Positions 1 to 12,454 of a stretch of 64,000 bases of DNA are shown here, piece after piece. The notes under the pieces were generated by a model. The model was not told the DNA's origin, searched no databases, and was given only the letters and a program-made list of their open reading frames with translations. The translations under genes were made by a program, and so were the position numbers. The stretch is from Macrostomum lignano (lineage: Eukaryota), in NCBI GenBank assembly GCA_002269645.1, contig NIVC01003070.1, positions 1 through 64,000 on the forward strand. The letters run 5' to 3'. The stretch's first letter is position 1; each line of letters starts with the position of its first letter.

Positions 1-1487
1 AGAGAATGATGAAGTGAAGGAAAGGAAAGGAGTTGAACTTGGACAGGTATTTCAGCCAGGCATCGTTGGCAGGCAGCGCTGGAAAGACAATCAAAATCAA
101 AGGGTCAGCTCTGAGAGAGGCTGTGCGCAGTTATGCGTTTCAGAGTTCTGCTCTGGCTTGGCGTCTTTGCATTATGCATGTGGCAAGCGGAGCAGCAGGG
201 TCAGGACATGGGGGGGACTCGAGGGAGAGGGTTTGCCGGCTGAATTTTTACGATGCATGCAGACAGGCGGCTGCTTCTGCACTGCCGCAATCTAGGACCG
301 CTGACTGACTCTCGGCATCCTCCTATCGTATCCCCATTGTTTCGTTTCGAGAGATGCTCCCGCGCGCTCCGCGATATAAAAAACTCCTTGCAGAGGAGAT
401 CAGCACAGAGAGAGCGAGGGGGAGAGGCAAACGCCACGGGGGGAGGCTGTTCTCATGAAAGATTAATCCGGGCTTCGCTTCGGATTGGGACTCAATTGCC
501 TTATCTTTCACGATCCGGCAGCAGCACCGCAATGAGGCCGGATTGGAATCTTTGGGGCAGCTGGACAGCGCGCAACTCCTACAAGCCTCATCATCATCAA
601 CTCAAGCTTTCTTTCCCGTTCTCTCTCTCTCTCTCCTACTCCTATTGTCTTGTCTGAATTCTTGAACGCGTCCTGCTCTTCCCTTCTCTGCTGTTGTCCT
701 CCTGTATAAAAGCTTGCGAAAAGTTGGGTGGTCTCGCAATTTCAGATTAGCTCCTAATAGATAAATCCCTACCTGCACGACAGAAGAAAAAGTTATTCAG
801 CCTTGCTTTTAAATAATTTCAAATATATGTAAGACTACATAAGATTAAATCTGCACCTGCAAGTGAGAAAATTGCTACATATTATACTTAACATGTAAGT
901 GCGAGTGAAATTAAATTTCTTAAATATCCTGTTTGGCGGTGTCGCCTCAACCGGAGCCGGCACAGTTTGTTAATTGGTTTAATTACAATAGCCAAAATAA
1001 CCAGCCTAATTGCTATCAAAATCACAGTCGAGCCTCAGATAAAAACCCAGACTTATTATGTGCACGTCTTTTATCACATCACACCTATCTAACAAGAATC
1101 ACCAAACCAAAAAGCGTATATACGCACAACAAAAGACACCGACCGGCAGACGGCAACCCCATTTGTATTTAAAGTAAAAACGGAAAACCGCGGCCCGCGC
1201 CTTAGCTCAAAAAATCAATAAAGCACCCACCAGCCACCACCTCCTCGGCTCTACCCATCTAAGACAGTGCGAAGAACAATTTGGCCCTCCCGTATTTCAC
1301 TTTGCTAGAGCAATCAGATTCAGAACAGAATGACACAGGGCGGTCGCAAGGTTAAGGTTGGTAGATAAGGCGCGAGGAGAAGACGAAGGTAGTGTTGAAA
1401 TAAAAGGAATTATACAAGAAGCGCCGTCTGAGTATATACTAACTATCTTGGAGGAAAACCATCAGTTCAATCGCGCAGGCTAATAAA

Positions 1488-1800
1488 CCCCGCCCTGCCC
1501 CCAAAGACTGGAGGAGGCTTGGCCAACCCCCCCAAACCCGCCACTCCGCCAACCAATCGCAGCCAAGCGCCCACTTTTGCCCCGCCGCTTGTGCTTTCTC
1601 GCATCAATTGACTCCTCCGCGCGGGAGCGCCCCCTCGCGTTCCACACAGCCAAAGATAGGGGAGGGGAGGCTCTGCTGAGGGGTTTGTCGGACTTCTTCT
1701 CTGTCCTTCCTTGTCTCCTCTCTTTCTAAAGCTTAGTGGGCTCAACTCCAGCCGGGCCTAATAAATACCCCGCCACTTCTAGCTCTCAGCATTCACTAGT
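1488..1800 (+). promoter_or_regulatory. Probable core/proximal promoter of the zinc-finger gene
   Basis: Several GC boxes (CCCCGCC), CCAAT at 1553-1557, TATA-like TAATAAATA at 1759-1767, Inr-like TCAGCATTCACT about 27-30 nt further on; ATG at 1911. Confidence 0.45.
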
Positions 1801-1910
1801 TGCTTTAACACTTGAGTTAATTAACTGTAACTGAGCAGTCAAGTAACTTAGCTTGTGCTTAGATTATCTACTACTTAATATTTGATTGGGACTCCTCTTT
1901 TTTTAATTCA

Positions 1911-2119
1911 ATGGGTGATTCAGTAATCACCAGCAACCAGAACCTCGTCAAGGAGGAACGACAGCAAAAAGACGAACAAGATTCTGCTTCTGCAGTGCAG
2001 TCCTTAGTTAGCGTTGGCAACAACAACAATAATAACAACAGCAGTAACAATAACAACAACAAGAAGACGGGAACAACAGACTTTAGTGTAGCCGCTCTGC
2101 TACCAAGGAATACGAAAGT
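1911..2119 (+). CDS. ZF gene exon 1 (poly-Asn, eh1-like FSVAALL)
   Basis: ATG at 1911; donor GTAAGT at 2120; phase 2 matches the acceptor at 4392. Confidence 0.7.
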
Positions 2120-5100
2120 GTAAGTTTTTTTAATTCTATTATGTTATGATTTGAAATTGAATCTTTTGAATTGAATTGGGCGATCTTCGAAATTAGAAGC
2201 TCGAACCTTGAATTGTAATGTTTTATCTTACGCCAGTACAGTCTATATAAGATTAAGATTATGTTCGACAATCACGAGTAATGCTTAAAATTACGGCTCG
2301 TAGCAAGTTATAGCCAATAGAAATCTAAATTCTAAGATGGAAAAAAACATTTCAATTTCAAGAAATATGTATTGTACAAATGCACTGTGCAGTAAATAGT
2401 ATTAGTAATAAAAAAGAATCTTAACGAAAGCTTTACAAAAAATTGGCTTCTTTTCAACCGCCTTCTTTTCAATTGTTCTCATCGCTTCACTGCTCCGATA
2501 GTGGGCCCTCGCAACAGTTGCAACTGTTCCAAGTTGGAATGCGCGTAGATCTATCTATACTCTAGGACTAGAGAAATGGACAGTATAAATCTCTTTTAGC
2601 GATGTCATTGTTGCCTTCTGTTCTATTCCAAAAACTAGAAGCAATTGTTGCTTGCTTTCATATGCTTTCATTTCATACATAGCCTTCGGCTTTCGGCGTT
2701 GCCTTTTCAGTCTTCTTTTGAATTCTTTTGCCCAACCCTCCCTATTCTATACTCTCTCCTCGCCGCTCTTGCAGCAAAAGCATTTTACTTCTTCTTTTTG
2801 GTCACTAAATGGCGGGGGCATAGTGGTCCTCGACTCTCAACTTGATGCTGAAAATTTAAGTTATATTTTATATAAAATAGCCCCCCATGCACCGTCGCTT
2901 CGGCGCCACTTTTTCATCTTTCATTTCATTCTCAGTTTGTTGTTCTCAAATCTCTTCCAAATCTTCTTCGCCCCCAGGGTCTCGAAGAATCCTTAGAAAA
3001 GTTATAACAGCCTCCCCAGCCTTTAGTATGTGTTTTGCTGCACCTGCAGTTCGCGGCTATTATATAGAAGTTTTTGCGTTTGTGTCTTCTTTCGTTTCGT
3101 TTTATCTCATTTCTTTCTCTTTGAGATGGGAGCGCGTATAGCTTTCTTTTCTTCGGTCCTCTTGTATTGTGCAATTGTGGCTTGTCCGCTGTTATTGCTT
3201 TGCTTTTTCTTCTGCTGCTGGTTAAATGGTTGGCTAATGGCTTCTATACCTTTTCCCGTATACCATTTTTGTGGAATTCTTTGGGTTGACATAATAAGCC
3301 ATTTTCAGTGCCATAGGCATAGGAGCACACAAAGATGAAGGTGCTTTGCCAGAAGCGCGCAAGGAAATCGGGCATGGTGTGTCGCCACAAGGTATAGGGG
3401 GACATGCCAACGCTTTATGCCCCCCCCCCCCCCCCCCGACGCACCTTGTGATCCGTTATGTAAATTAATAATTTTGCTTTAGGGCGCCAAAATATAGTGC
3501 ATGCGGCGTCAAAGAGTGCCTGCGGCGCCAAATTGAGTGCCTGCGGCGCCAAAATGAGTGGCTGCCTGCGGCGCCAAAATGAGTGCCGGCGGCGCCAAAG
3601 TGAGTGCCTGCGGCGCCAAAATGAGTGCCTGCCTGCGGCGTTAAATTGAGTGCCTGCTTGCCTGCGGCGCCAAAATCAGTGCCTGCGGCGCCAAAATGAG
3701 TGCCTGCCTGCGGCGCCAAAATGAGTGCCTGCCTGCCTGCGGCGCCAAAATGAGTGGCTGCCTGCGGCGCCTAACTGAGTGCCTTTGAACTGGATTGAAC
3801 AATACATATACAATAGTCAAGGTGTGGGTGTTAGTTCAGTACAACTCAATGAATGCAAAATAAAATTCTAACTAGAAACTTATTCCTAGTGTCTTGTATC
3901 TGCTCTGATGTCTTATAGTTTGCTAGTCCGGTATGGTTCTTGCGCTCTTGTGGGTGGCAACGTCCTCGGCGAACTTATGTCCAGAATATATGGCGCGCTT
4001 ATTGCAATTCAAATAGACATGCGCGCCTATTATGCCTATGTATTTTCCAGCATCAGCGGGGTCCCCTCAATAAAAATAAGAAGTACTCACAGTACTTCTG
4101 AGCACTTCTGGTTCTGAGCACATACACAGGATGTACAGCGCCCTGACTTTATAATCATTAAGCATGTATTGTAGACTCTGAGTCTCTGCCTTGGGGGCTG
4201 CTCTGCCTCTTTTAAAATTCCCTAGCCGAGTGGGAAAGTTAAGCAGAGATGGCCGCGGTTAGTCTGCAGATGAATAGGCTGCTCCTTTACATTAGCCATA
4301 ACCCCCCAGATAGGGTTGCGCCCTGCACTGTGCAAGTACATGTACAAGCTGTCTGTACACAGGCCTATTTTTTTATACTCGTCCTTAAACAGCTGCCAGT
4401 CAACCGGTAAGCACAGCGCTGCAACCATGGAGATCTCAGAATCCAGTTTAGCCTGCGGCTCAGGTGAACTACAGCCGGCTGAATTTCAGTTCAATCAATG
4501 CCACCTAGCTGGCTCCAGCGAATTGATGGCTCGGCATCGCGAGAACAACCATCGATCAGGGTCGGATCAGGGAGATCTGGGCGACGCCGAGCTAGGCAGA
4601 GGAGACGGCACATCCGGTGAGTTAATCCCGAGTTTATTATGCTAATAGACTCGTCTGCGAGTGAGTCATGATTGACAACCCGGATTAAACACGCCTAGAT
4701 AATTAGCAACACCCATTAACCCCAGGACGATTGACAACCCCGATGGCCCGATAGACACCTAATAATTGGCATCCCCGATAAACACACCTGAATGATTGAC
4801 CACTCCGATAAACACACGTGGGTAATTTACAGCCCTGATAAATACACCTGGATAATTGACAGCCCCGATAAATACACCTTTGGATGATTCGCATCTCCGA
4901 TAAACACACCTGAATGATTGACAGCCCTGATAAACACACCTGGATGATTGACCACCCCTATAAACACACCTGGATAATAGACAGCCCCGATAAACACCTG
5001 AATGATTGACCACCCCGATAAACACACCTGATAATTGACCACCCGATAAACACACCTGATAATTGACCACCCCGATAAACACACCTGATGGTTGACAGCC

Positions 5101-8100
5101 CCGATAAACACACCTGATGACTGACCACCCCGATAAACACACCTGATGGTTGACAGCCCCGATAACACACCTGATGATTGACCACCCCGATAAACACACC
5201 TGATGGTTGACAGCCCCGATAAACACACCTGATGATTGACCACCCCGATAAACACACCTGATGGTTGACAGCCCCGATAAACACACCTGATAATTGACCA
5301 CCCCGATAAACACACCTGATAATTGACCACCCCGATAAACACACCTGATGGTTGACAGCCCCGATAAACACACCTGATGACTGACCACCCCGATAAACAC
5401 ACCTGATGGTTGACAGCCCCGATAAACACACCTGATGACTGACCACCCCGATAAACACACCTGATGGTTGACAGCCCCGATAAACACACCTGATGATTGA
5501 CCACCCCGATAAACACACTTGAATGAATGACTACCCCGATAAACACACCTGATGATTGACAGCCCCGATAAACACACCTGATGACTGACCACCCCGATAA
5601 ACACACCTGATGGTTGACAGCCCCGATAAACACACCTGATGATTGACCACCCCGATAAACACACCTGATGATTGACAGCCCCGATAAACACACCTGATGG
5701 TTGACAGCCCCGATAAACACACCTGATGATTGACCACCCCGATAAACACACCTGATGATTGACCACCCGATAAACACACCTGATGGTTGACAGCCCCGAT
5801 AAACACACCTGATGGTTGACAGCCCCGATAAACACACCTGATGATTGACCACCCCGATAAACACACTTAAATGAATGACTACCCCAATTAACACACCTGA
5901 ATGATTGACCACCCCGAAAAACACGTGCCTGGATGATTGACCACCCCGATAAACACACCTTGATGATTGATTGACCACCCCGATAAACCCACTTGGATGG
6001 TTGACAGTTCCGATAAACACACCTAGATAATTGACAGTCCCGATAAACACACCTGGAGGATTTGACAGTCCCGATAAACACACCTGGATAATCGACAGTC
6101 CCGATAAACACCTGGATGATTTGACGGCCCCGATAAACACACTTAGATAATTGAAGGCTCATACAGCTTTAGGTGATTGACATCTCCAATGAACACGCAC
6201 CTGTGATTGACAGCCCCCGGAAACTGCCCACCCCGCAGAAGACGACACATCTTTAGACAACGGTTTCTACCTGGGCGAAGAGGCAGTCGCGGCGGCGTCG
6301 GCCGCAGCAGCAACAGCCGCAGCTTCGGGCACGTCTTCAGCCTCGGCTGGGGTAGCGTACGTCTGCCCGCATTGCGGACTCGCCGCCGGCAGCCTCTCCC
6401 TGCTGGAGTCGCACATCCTGACGCATGGCGGCGCCGCTGCCGCTGCTGCTGCTTCAGCAGAAGAAGACAGCCGCCTCTCAATCGACTGCAGCAGCAGCGT
6501 CGGTGGCGGCGGGGGCGGCGTTGGCGGCAGCGGCAGCAGCCAGCCGTCGTCCAGCCGAAAATACCGGTGCTCGCAGTGCAGCGCCACCTTCAACTGGCAC
6601 GGCGATCTCAGCCAGCACCTGCAGGCAAGCCACGGCATCGATCGAGGCAGCAAGAAGCCGGACAGCCACGGCCTGTACCGCTGCAGTCACTGCTCCTATC
6701 AGGCCAAGTACCAGTCCGAGCTGAGCAGGCACAACCGCCTACACCTGGGCGTGAAGCCGTTCGCCTGCCATTTCTGCGCCTACAACTCCGCTTGGAAAGG
6801 CGACTTAAAGCGACACCTGGAGGCGCATCATCGGCGCGAGATTGCGGACGATAAAACTCTGAGCGAAATCATGGCTAATTATAAGAATAACGCCGGCACT
6901 AGGGCGGCCAGGTCCACGGCCAGTCAGGAGGAGCTGGCCTCGCGGTCGCTGAACGACATCGACGAGTCTTCTTCGTCGCTTCTGGCTGGTCAGAACTCGC
7001 CCGCGGTGCCGCAGCCGCTTCAACAGCAGCAGCCGGAGACTCCAATATTTCCCTGCAGTGTCTGCAGCTTCGTCTGCCAGTCAGTTGCGGATCTGCGCTC
7101 TCACCTGGCTACTCATAACGGCTCCAGGCCGTACAGGTGCAGCGCCTGCGGCAAGCGGTTTCACCTATCCTGGGAGTCTGAGAAGCACATCAGGCGGGAG
7201 CACTGCGACTCAGTTAGGGCTTATACGGCTGTTGCCGAGACTGGCGCCAGGGCTCAGGTGGCGCCCGAGTCCGCGCTGCTGCCCGCGCTCTGCGGTCTCT
7301 GTGGGTGGCGCGGCGGCGGCGACTGGGAGATGGCGAGGTGAGGAGGCATCTGAATTTATGATACTAAATCCCCATTTTGATCCCCGAAATCCTCATTCTG
7401 ATCCCTAAATCCCATTCTGATCCCTAAATCCCATTCTGATCCCTAAATCCCATTCTGATCCTTGAAATTCACATTCTGATCCCTAAATGCCATTCTGACT
7501 CCTTAATGCCATTCTGATTCCTTAATGCCATTCTGATTCCTTAATGCCATTCTGATTCCTTAATGCCATTCTGATTCCTTAAGCCCCACCCTGATTCCTT
7601 AAGCCCCATTGTGATCCCCTAAAACCCATTCTGATCCCTAAATCCCGATTCTAATTCCGGACTCCTCATTCTTTCTGATCCTCCATTGTGTCCTCGAATT
7701 CTTCGTTATGATCCCAAGTACCTCATTCTGACCTCAAATCCCAGTTCTGTATGCAATTCTGCAGAGCCCCCTATTAGAGTTCTCTCCATAAGAACAAATC
7801 CCTATTGTTAACCTGAACCTGCACTCGCAGACACCTGTCAGGCGCTCATCCCGCCGAGGCGGCCGCAGCCTCAATTTTGCACCTGGACGAGGCCGAAGCT
7901 CGCAACTCCCTCGGCTGGTACCAGCAGGGTGCCGTGCGCCTGATGCTACTGCACCAGCACCAGCGGCAGCAACTGCAGCAGCAGCAGCAGCAACCTCAGG
8001 TGTCGTCCGAGCAGAAGCAGCAGCCCACAAATTCCTCATCCCAGCCAAGCTCCGGCAGTTTGCCGGCCGTTAAAGCCACCAGCTGCAGCGGCAAAGGTGT

Positions 8101-11100
8101 GCAGGGCAGCCGGCCGTTTCGTTGCTCCGTCTGCGGCCATCGATCCAATTGGAAATGGGACATTAATAAGCATATTAAGGTGAGTCAGCGATGATTGTAT
8201 CAGCCTACCTGATAATCACCTTACCTGATAATCAGTAATCACCTTACCTGATACTCACCCTACCCGATAATAATCCTACCTGATAATCATCCTACCTGAT
8301 TATCATCCTATCTGATAATCATCGTACCTGATAATCATCCTACCCGATAATCACCCTACCTGATAATCACCCTACCTGATAATCACCCTACCTGATAATC
8401 ACGCTACCCAATAATCATCCTACCTGATAATCAACCTACCTGATAATCAACCTACCTGATAATCGCCCTACCTGATTATCATCCTACCCGATAATCATCC
8501 TACCCGATAATCATCCTACCCGATAATCATCCTACTTAACAATCATCCCACCTGATAATCATCCCACCTGACAATCATCCTACCTGTTAATAAACCTACC
8601 TGATAATCACCTTACCTGCAGTAACCACCTGTTAAACTGATAAACCTCAATCCCACCAAGGTGGCGCACCCGGAACGCGGCGATGCGTGCACGGAGACGA
8701 TGAGCAGCGCCGAGGCGGAGGCCACCATTGAGTCGTACATGCGCGACGTCAAAGGCAAAGTGAAAGACGAACTGGCCGAAGCTGGCGACGGCTACAACCG
8801 GCCGTTCCGCTGCTCGGCCTGCGGTCACCGGTCCAATTGGAAGTGGGACGTGCGCAAGCATATTCGACAGGCCCATAGCAACCAGCCAGACGCATTTGTT
8901 GAGACCCTTAGCAACGAGGACGCTAAGCGGACTTTAGACGAGTACATGACTTCGAGGAAGTGCAACGCCTCTGTTGCCAACTCTGGGGCTGTCTGTGGTG
9001 TCGCGGCCTCCGCTGCTACCGCTACCGACGCCACGGATGCGGATATGGACGATGCTAGCAGGTGTGTGGTGATGCTCAGGGGCCTTCTAGGAGTCTAAAG
9101 CCGAAATTGAGAGCTGGAGAGTTGAGAGTTGTTTGTTACCGGGGTCTGGGATTTTCCCATTGACAACGTTACCGTGACAATAATCGCTAAAGAGCCATTG
9201 CAAACAAGTCACTAGCACTTGACTCTAGCGATTCTGGGGCGACTCTTGTGACTTTTTAATGACTCAAACGGCTCAAACTCAAATTACTCAAACGGGGAGA
9301 CGATTGTAAGTGACCTACTTAAGCTACAGTGACAGCGACTCTATCACGCCTCAGATACGACTGTACGGCCCCAGAGTCACTTGCGTAGTTTCAGAGTCGC
9401 AGATGCCTCAAAACGCCTCAAATTGATCCTTGGGCGACTATTTTAGACCGACTTTTTGGCGATTTTGTACCGTGACGTATTGTCGGTTTAGCGTCGTTTG
9501 GAGTCGATTCTTTTCTATTTTACCTGCGTTACCTGTAACAACTCTGGGTCGACGGAAGTGCTTCTGGGACGCTTCTTGGCTTTTGATCCGTATTGATCTG
9601 TGAATTTAGGGATTCAAGGTTGCGGATTTTTAGGGATCTAAATTGGGTCGAGAAATCTGGATTCCTATTCTTTACTTTGAGATCGGCATTTGGGAACTGG
9701 GATCATCGTCCGAGATCTTTGATTGCTACTGCAAATCGTTGCTTTTTCTGCACCGCCTCCGCAGGTCCGCAGTGAGCAGCGAGATGACTCAAACGCCGCC
9801 CCTCCTGGCAACCGCAGCCTCCTCGTCATCAGCAGCCGCTGCCGCCTCGGGCTTCTTTGGCAGTCCCCGAGTTGACCAGCTCAGGCTGAAGCGGTTCATG
9901 TGCTCGGGCTGCGGCTACCGCTCCAATTACAGGTCCGACATTGTCCGCCACAACAAGCGGAAGCACGATCGTGGCGCCGCGGTTCGAATCCTGAGCATTG
10001 ATGAGGCGCGCGACAGCTTAGAGAAATACGGACACAGCTTCCCGGCTAAGCCCATGGCTTCTAACGGCACGGAGCTTCTGGACCCGCCGGAGACCATCGA
10101 GACATTTGAGAACAACTCGGGCGAGACCCCGATGGAGCAGGAGGCTGAGGCGGAGGTTGAAGACCCCGAGGATCTCACCACCACTCAGCAGCAGCAAAAG
10201 CAGCAGCAGGATGCAGCGCCAAAGAGTTTCTTTCCGCCGCTGCCGCCGTCAGCCGCTTTCCATTATCAGTCGGAGCTTTTTCGGCGTCAGCTGCAGCAGC
10301 AGCAGCAGCGGCATCAGCAGTCTCTTCTGCAGTCTGAGGAGCCCGCAGCTTCCAACTCGCTGATGGAGCACCTCGCCAGAGCCGCCGCCTACCTGCCTCA
10401 GCAGCCGCCACCGCCGCTGCCGCCGCCGCCTCCGTTTTTAGCCGCCCCGGGCTATTTTGTCGGCCGCCTCGGCCTGCCAGGACATCCGCTTCATCATCAT
10501 CCTACCTCTGTGCTGCATCCCCAGCATCCGCAACCGCCGCCGCCTCCGCCGCCCCCGCCGCCAAATCTGCTGTTTATGCAAGACTTTGCCGCTCACGCCG
10601 CCGCGGCCGCCGCCGCCTCGGCCACCGCCGCCGCCGCCGCCGCTGCTAACGACTCCGCTTCGACCATGTCGGCTACGTCAACAACGACAACAGCAGCAAC
10701 TAAGAGCATCGTTGGAGCTTCTTCAAAGCGAGCCGCTTCGGAATCTTTGAAAACGGAGTTGATGAAGGAGAAGCAGCTGCCAGCTAGCGAGGAGTTCCAC
10801 TCGTGCCAGCGCTGCCCCTGGCTGGGCTTGAGCCACCGGGACCTGATCGTGCACAAGCAGGGCCACCGGACCCGGGCAGCCACTGTCGGCAAATCGGCTA
10901 GCGAGACTGCTCAGCAGCGCTGCCCCCGCTGCGGCTTCGTTGCCTCCGGCCAGGCCGCCTCGCGAGCTCACGCGGCCGTTCACAAGCGACGCTATCGGGA
11001 CCGACGAATTCAACGCCTACTGACGCGTCAGTCGGTTGCTAAGGACGCCGATCGGTTGCTAGGCAGCGTTAGGCAGCTTGTGCAGCTGCTGGAGAAATAC

Positions 11101-11691
11101 CCGGCCGCCGAGTTTGGTGCCGTCACGGATTTGCACGGGTGAGGGGACTTTAGAGGCTTCGTCATGGGTTTATGATAGAGTTCGGGGACACTAGACGCAA
11201 AACCTGGCTCTTAAATAACAGGTGTTAAAAGTACATTTGGGGCTTGTGCACAAAATGTGCTCAGCAGCTGCCAGCGGAATGAACATAAGCACATGTAATT
11301 GAGTATACTCGCTGGCAGCGGGTCGACTGTCGCCTTGAACTGCAACACACAGTGCTCAATGTGCACAGAGCTGTGCACAACTCCTGCCCAAACATTCTCA
11401 CCCCTGCCCCAAACATACCCCACTCCCTGCCCCAAACATACCCCACTCCCTGCCCCAAACACCCACCCCACTCCCAGCTCTAATCCCCCTGCCCCAAACC
11501 TCATAATATATTTGATTATGAAAATATGAATATTATAATTAGAGAATCTATTTTTAAAGCCGATTTGATTTGTTTTCATAACTTTATCCCGCAGAATGCG
11601 CCTGCCCCAGGATTTGGTCCGGCTCGTGTGCCGCAATCAATCGATGCGATCGGACCTGATGAAGCTGGCGCAGCTGGTGCTGCCGGTCTGA
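1911..11691 (+). CDS. Multi-exon C2H2 zinc-finger transcription factor (12 fingers, about 1244 aa); exons 1911-2119, 4393-4616, 6257-7337, 7831-8179, 8661-9061, 9765-11138, 11595-11691
   Basis: Manual splicing: every junction is GT-AG and phases match (2,1,2,0,2,2). Total 3735 nt, divisible by 3, ends TGA at 11689-11691. Two fingers split by introns are rebuilt (WEMAR|HLSGAH; KHIK|VAH). Poly-N/Q/A/P tracts are typical of transcription factors. Confidence 0.85.
3481..3784 (+). repeat. Minisatellite, about 21-bp unit GGCGCCAAAATGAGTGCCTGC (intron 1)
   Basis: Direct tandem repetition; reverse complement of the array at 25718-26420. Confidence 0.9.
4393..4616 (+). CDS. ZF gene exon 2
   Basis: Acceptor ccttaaacAG, donor GTGAGT at 4617; phases 2/1 are compatible with both flanking exons. 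Confidence 0.7.
4668..6220. repeat. Minisatellite, 29-bp unit CCCCGATAAACACACCTGATGATTGACCA, about 50 copies (intron 2)
   Basis: Visible tandem array; produces 29-aa periodic ORFs in all minus frames. Confidence 0.97.
6257..7337 (+). CDS. ZF gene exon 3 (fingers 1-6 and start of finger 7)
   Basis: CPHC..HILTH, CSQC..HLQASH, CSHC..HNRLH-LGVKPF-CHFC..HLEAHH, CSVC..HLATH-NGSRPY-CSAC..HIRREH; acceptor catctttAG, donor GTGAGG. Confidence 0.92.
7372..7660. repeat. Minisatellite, 19-bp unit CCCATTCTGATCCCTAAAT (intron 3)
   Basis: Visible tandem array with a GCCATTCTGATTCCTTAAT sub-variant. Confidence 0.93.
7831..8179 (+). CDS. ZF gene exon 4
   Basis: Completes finger 7, then poly-Q and RPFRCSVCGHRSNWKWDINKHIK; acceptor cactcgcAG, donor GTGAGT. 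Confidence 0.9.
8200..8632. repeat. Minisatellite, 16-bp unit CCTACCTGATAATCAT (intron 4)
   Basis: Visible tandem array filling almost the whole intron. Confidence 0.95.
8661..9061 (+). CDS. ZF gene exon 5
   Basis: VAHP completes finger 8; RPFRCSACGHRSNWKWDVRKHIRQAH; phases 0/2. Confidence 0.9.
9765..11138 (+). CDS. ZF gene exon 6 (fingers 10-12, PEDLT, Q/P/A tracts)
   Basis: FMCSGCGYRSNYRSDIVRHNKRKH, CQRC..HKQGH, CPRC..HAAVH; acceptor tttttctgcaccgcctccgcAG. Confidence 0.9.
11385..11500. repeat. C-rich minisatellite CCCTGCCCCAAACA(T/C)ACCCCACT (intron 6)
   Basis: Tandem copies; same family as 12455-12795. Confidence 0.8.
11595..11691 (+). CDS. ZF gene probable terminal exon
   Basis: Acceptor actttatcccgcAG, phase 2 with donor GTGAGG at 11139; GC-rich 31-aa tail (MRLPQDLVRL...LVLPV*). 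Alternative: stop at 11140-11142 if this intron is not spliced. Confidence 0.65.
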
Positions 11692-11840
11692 GATGCAATG
11701 AGAACAATGGCCAGTTTTGTTAGTCAAGAGACCCTCTTAGATGTAGATGCAGATTCTGACCAACCTTTTTATACGATCTGGTTACCAGTAGTCTGTTAGT
11801 CAGGTGTGGTGACTAGTCAAATACAGTGAGGCGCTAAGTA

Positions 11841-11846
11841 AATAAA
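11841..11846 (+). terminator. Candidate polyadenylation signal AATAAA
   Basis: First AATAAA in AT-rich sequence 150 nt after the predicted stop; further AATAAA hexamers follow. Confidence 0.35.
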
Positions 11847-12454
11847 AAGTATATTAATCACTTTCAACGTTTTACTTTTTCTTTTGAGTTCCTTAATTAA
11901 CTCTGTTGTCATAAATTTTTCTTTGAATATATATTCATTTTTCCTATGTAATTCAACGTAATATTGTTGTTTATTAATTATGAAAAAAGACTCTTCTGAG
12001 TAGAAATAAACAAACAAAACCAATTTGTGCCTCGACTGTACAAAACCTTAATCACCTGATTACTGAGCCAGATTACTAAACTAATCCGAATCTGTAAAGC
12101 ATCACCAAGCAGTCTAAGCAGTTTTCCTACTTCTTTTGTATAATACTATGAGTAGATAGTTTGCTAGTTACTGCCATTTTAGTACTCTGTTATTAACAAA
12201 AACTTGTTATCTTTAAATAATATCTTTAAGAACCATTTTCTGTAATCCAGCTTATTTATAGTTTTTGTATTTTCTTTACTATGTGCTCAGAGAACCGCAG
12301 GTTAATAAAATTTCATCCTTTCACCTTGAAGTGTACTATTTACTCAATTATGTATGCCGATTTTCCAATCAATGTTTTAATTGCCTGCTAAATCACGCTC
12401 TGTTCTAATCATAATTATGTATTGCAACTCAAACTATTGTTTGCCATCTGCCTC

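Noticed and set aside
340-720. Upstream promoter-like motifs (TATA-like at about 375 and 705, reverse CCAAT, TAATCC)
   Set aside because: Short motifs with no linked exon or ORF; could be an alternative promoter, but this cannot be supported from sequence alone.
4759-6162. 467-aa and 437-aa minus-strand ORFs
   Set aside because: Translations of the 29-bp minisatellite in all frames, lying inside intron 2; no domain content.
4668-6220. CRISPR-like array (29-bp repeats)
   Set aside because: Repeats are contiguous with no unique spacers, there are no cas genes, and the context is eukaryotic. The same applies to the 30-bp array at 43 kb.
6143-7023. Overlapping alternative-frame and antisense ORFs over exon 3
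   Set aside because: Shadow ORFs of GC-rich zinc-finger coding sequence.
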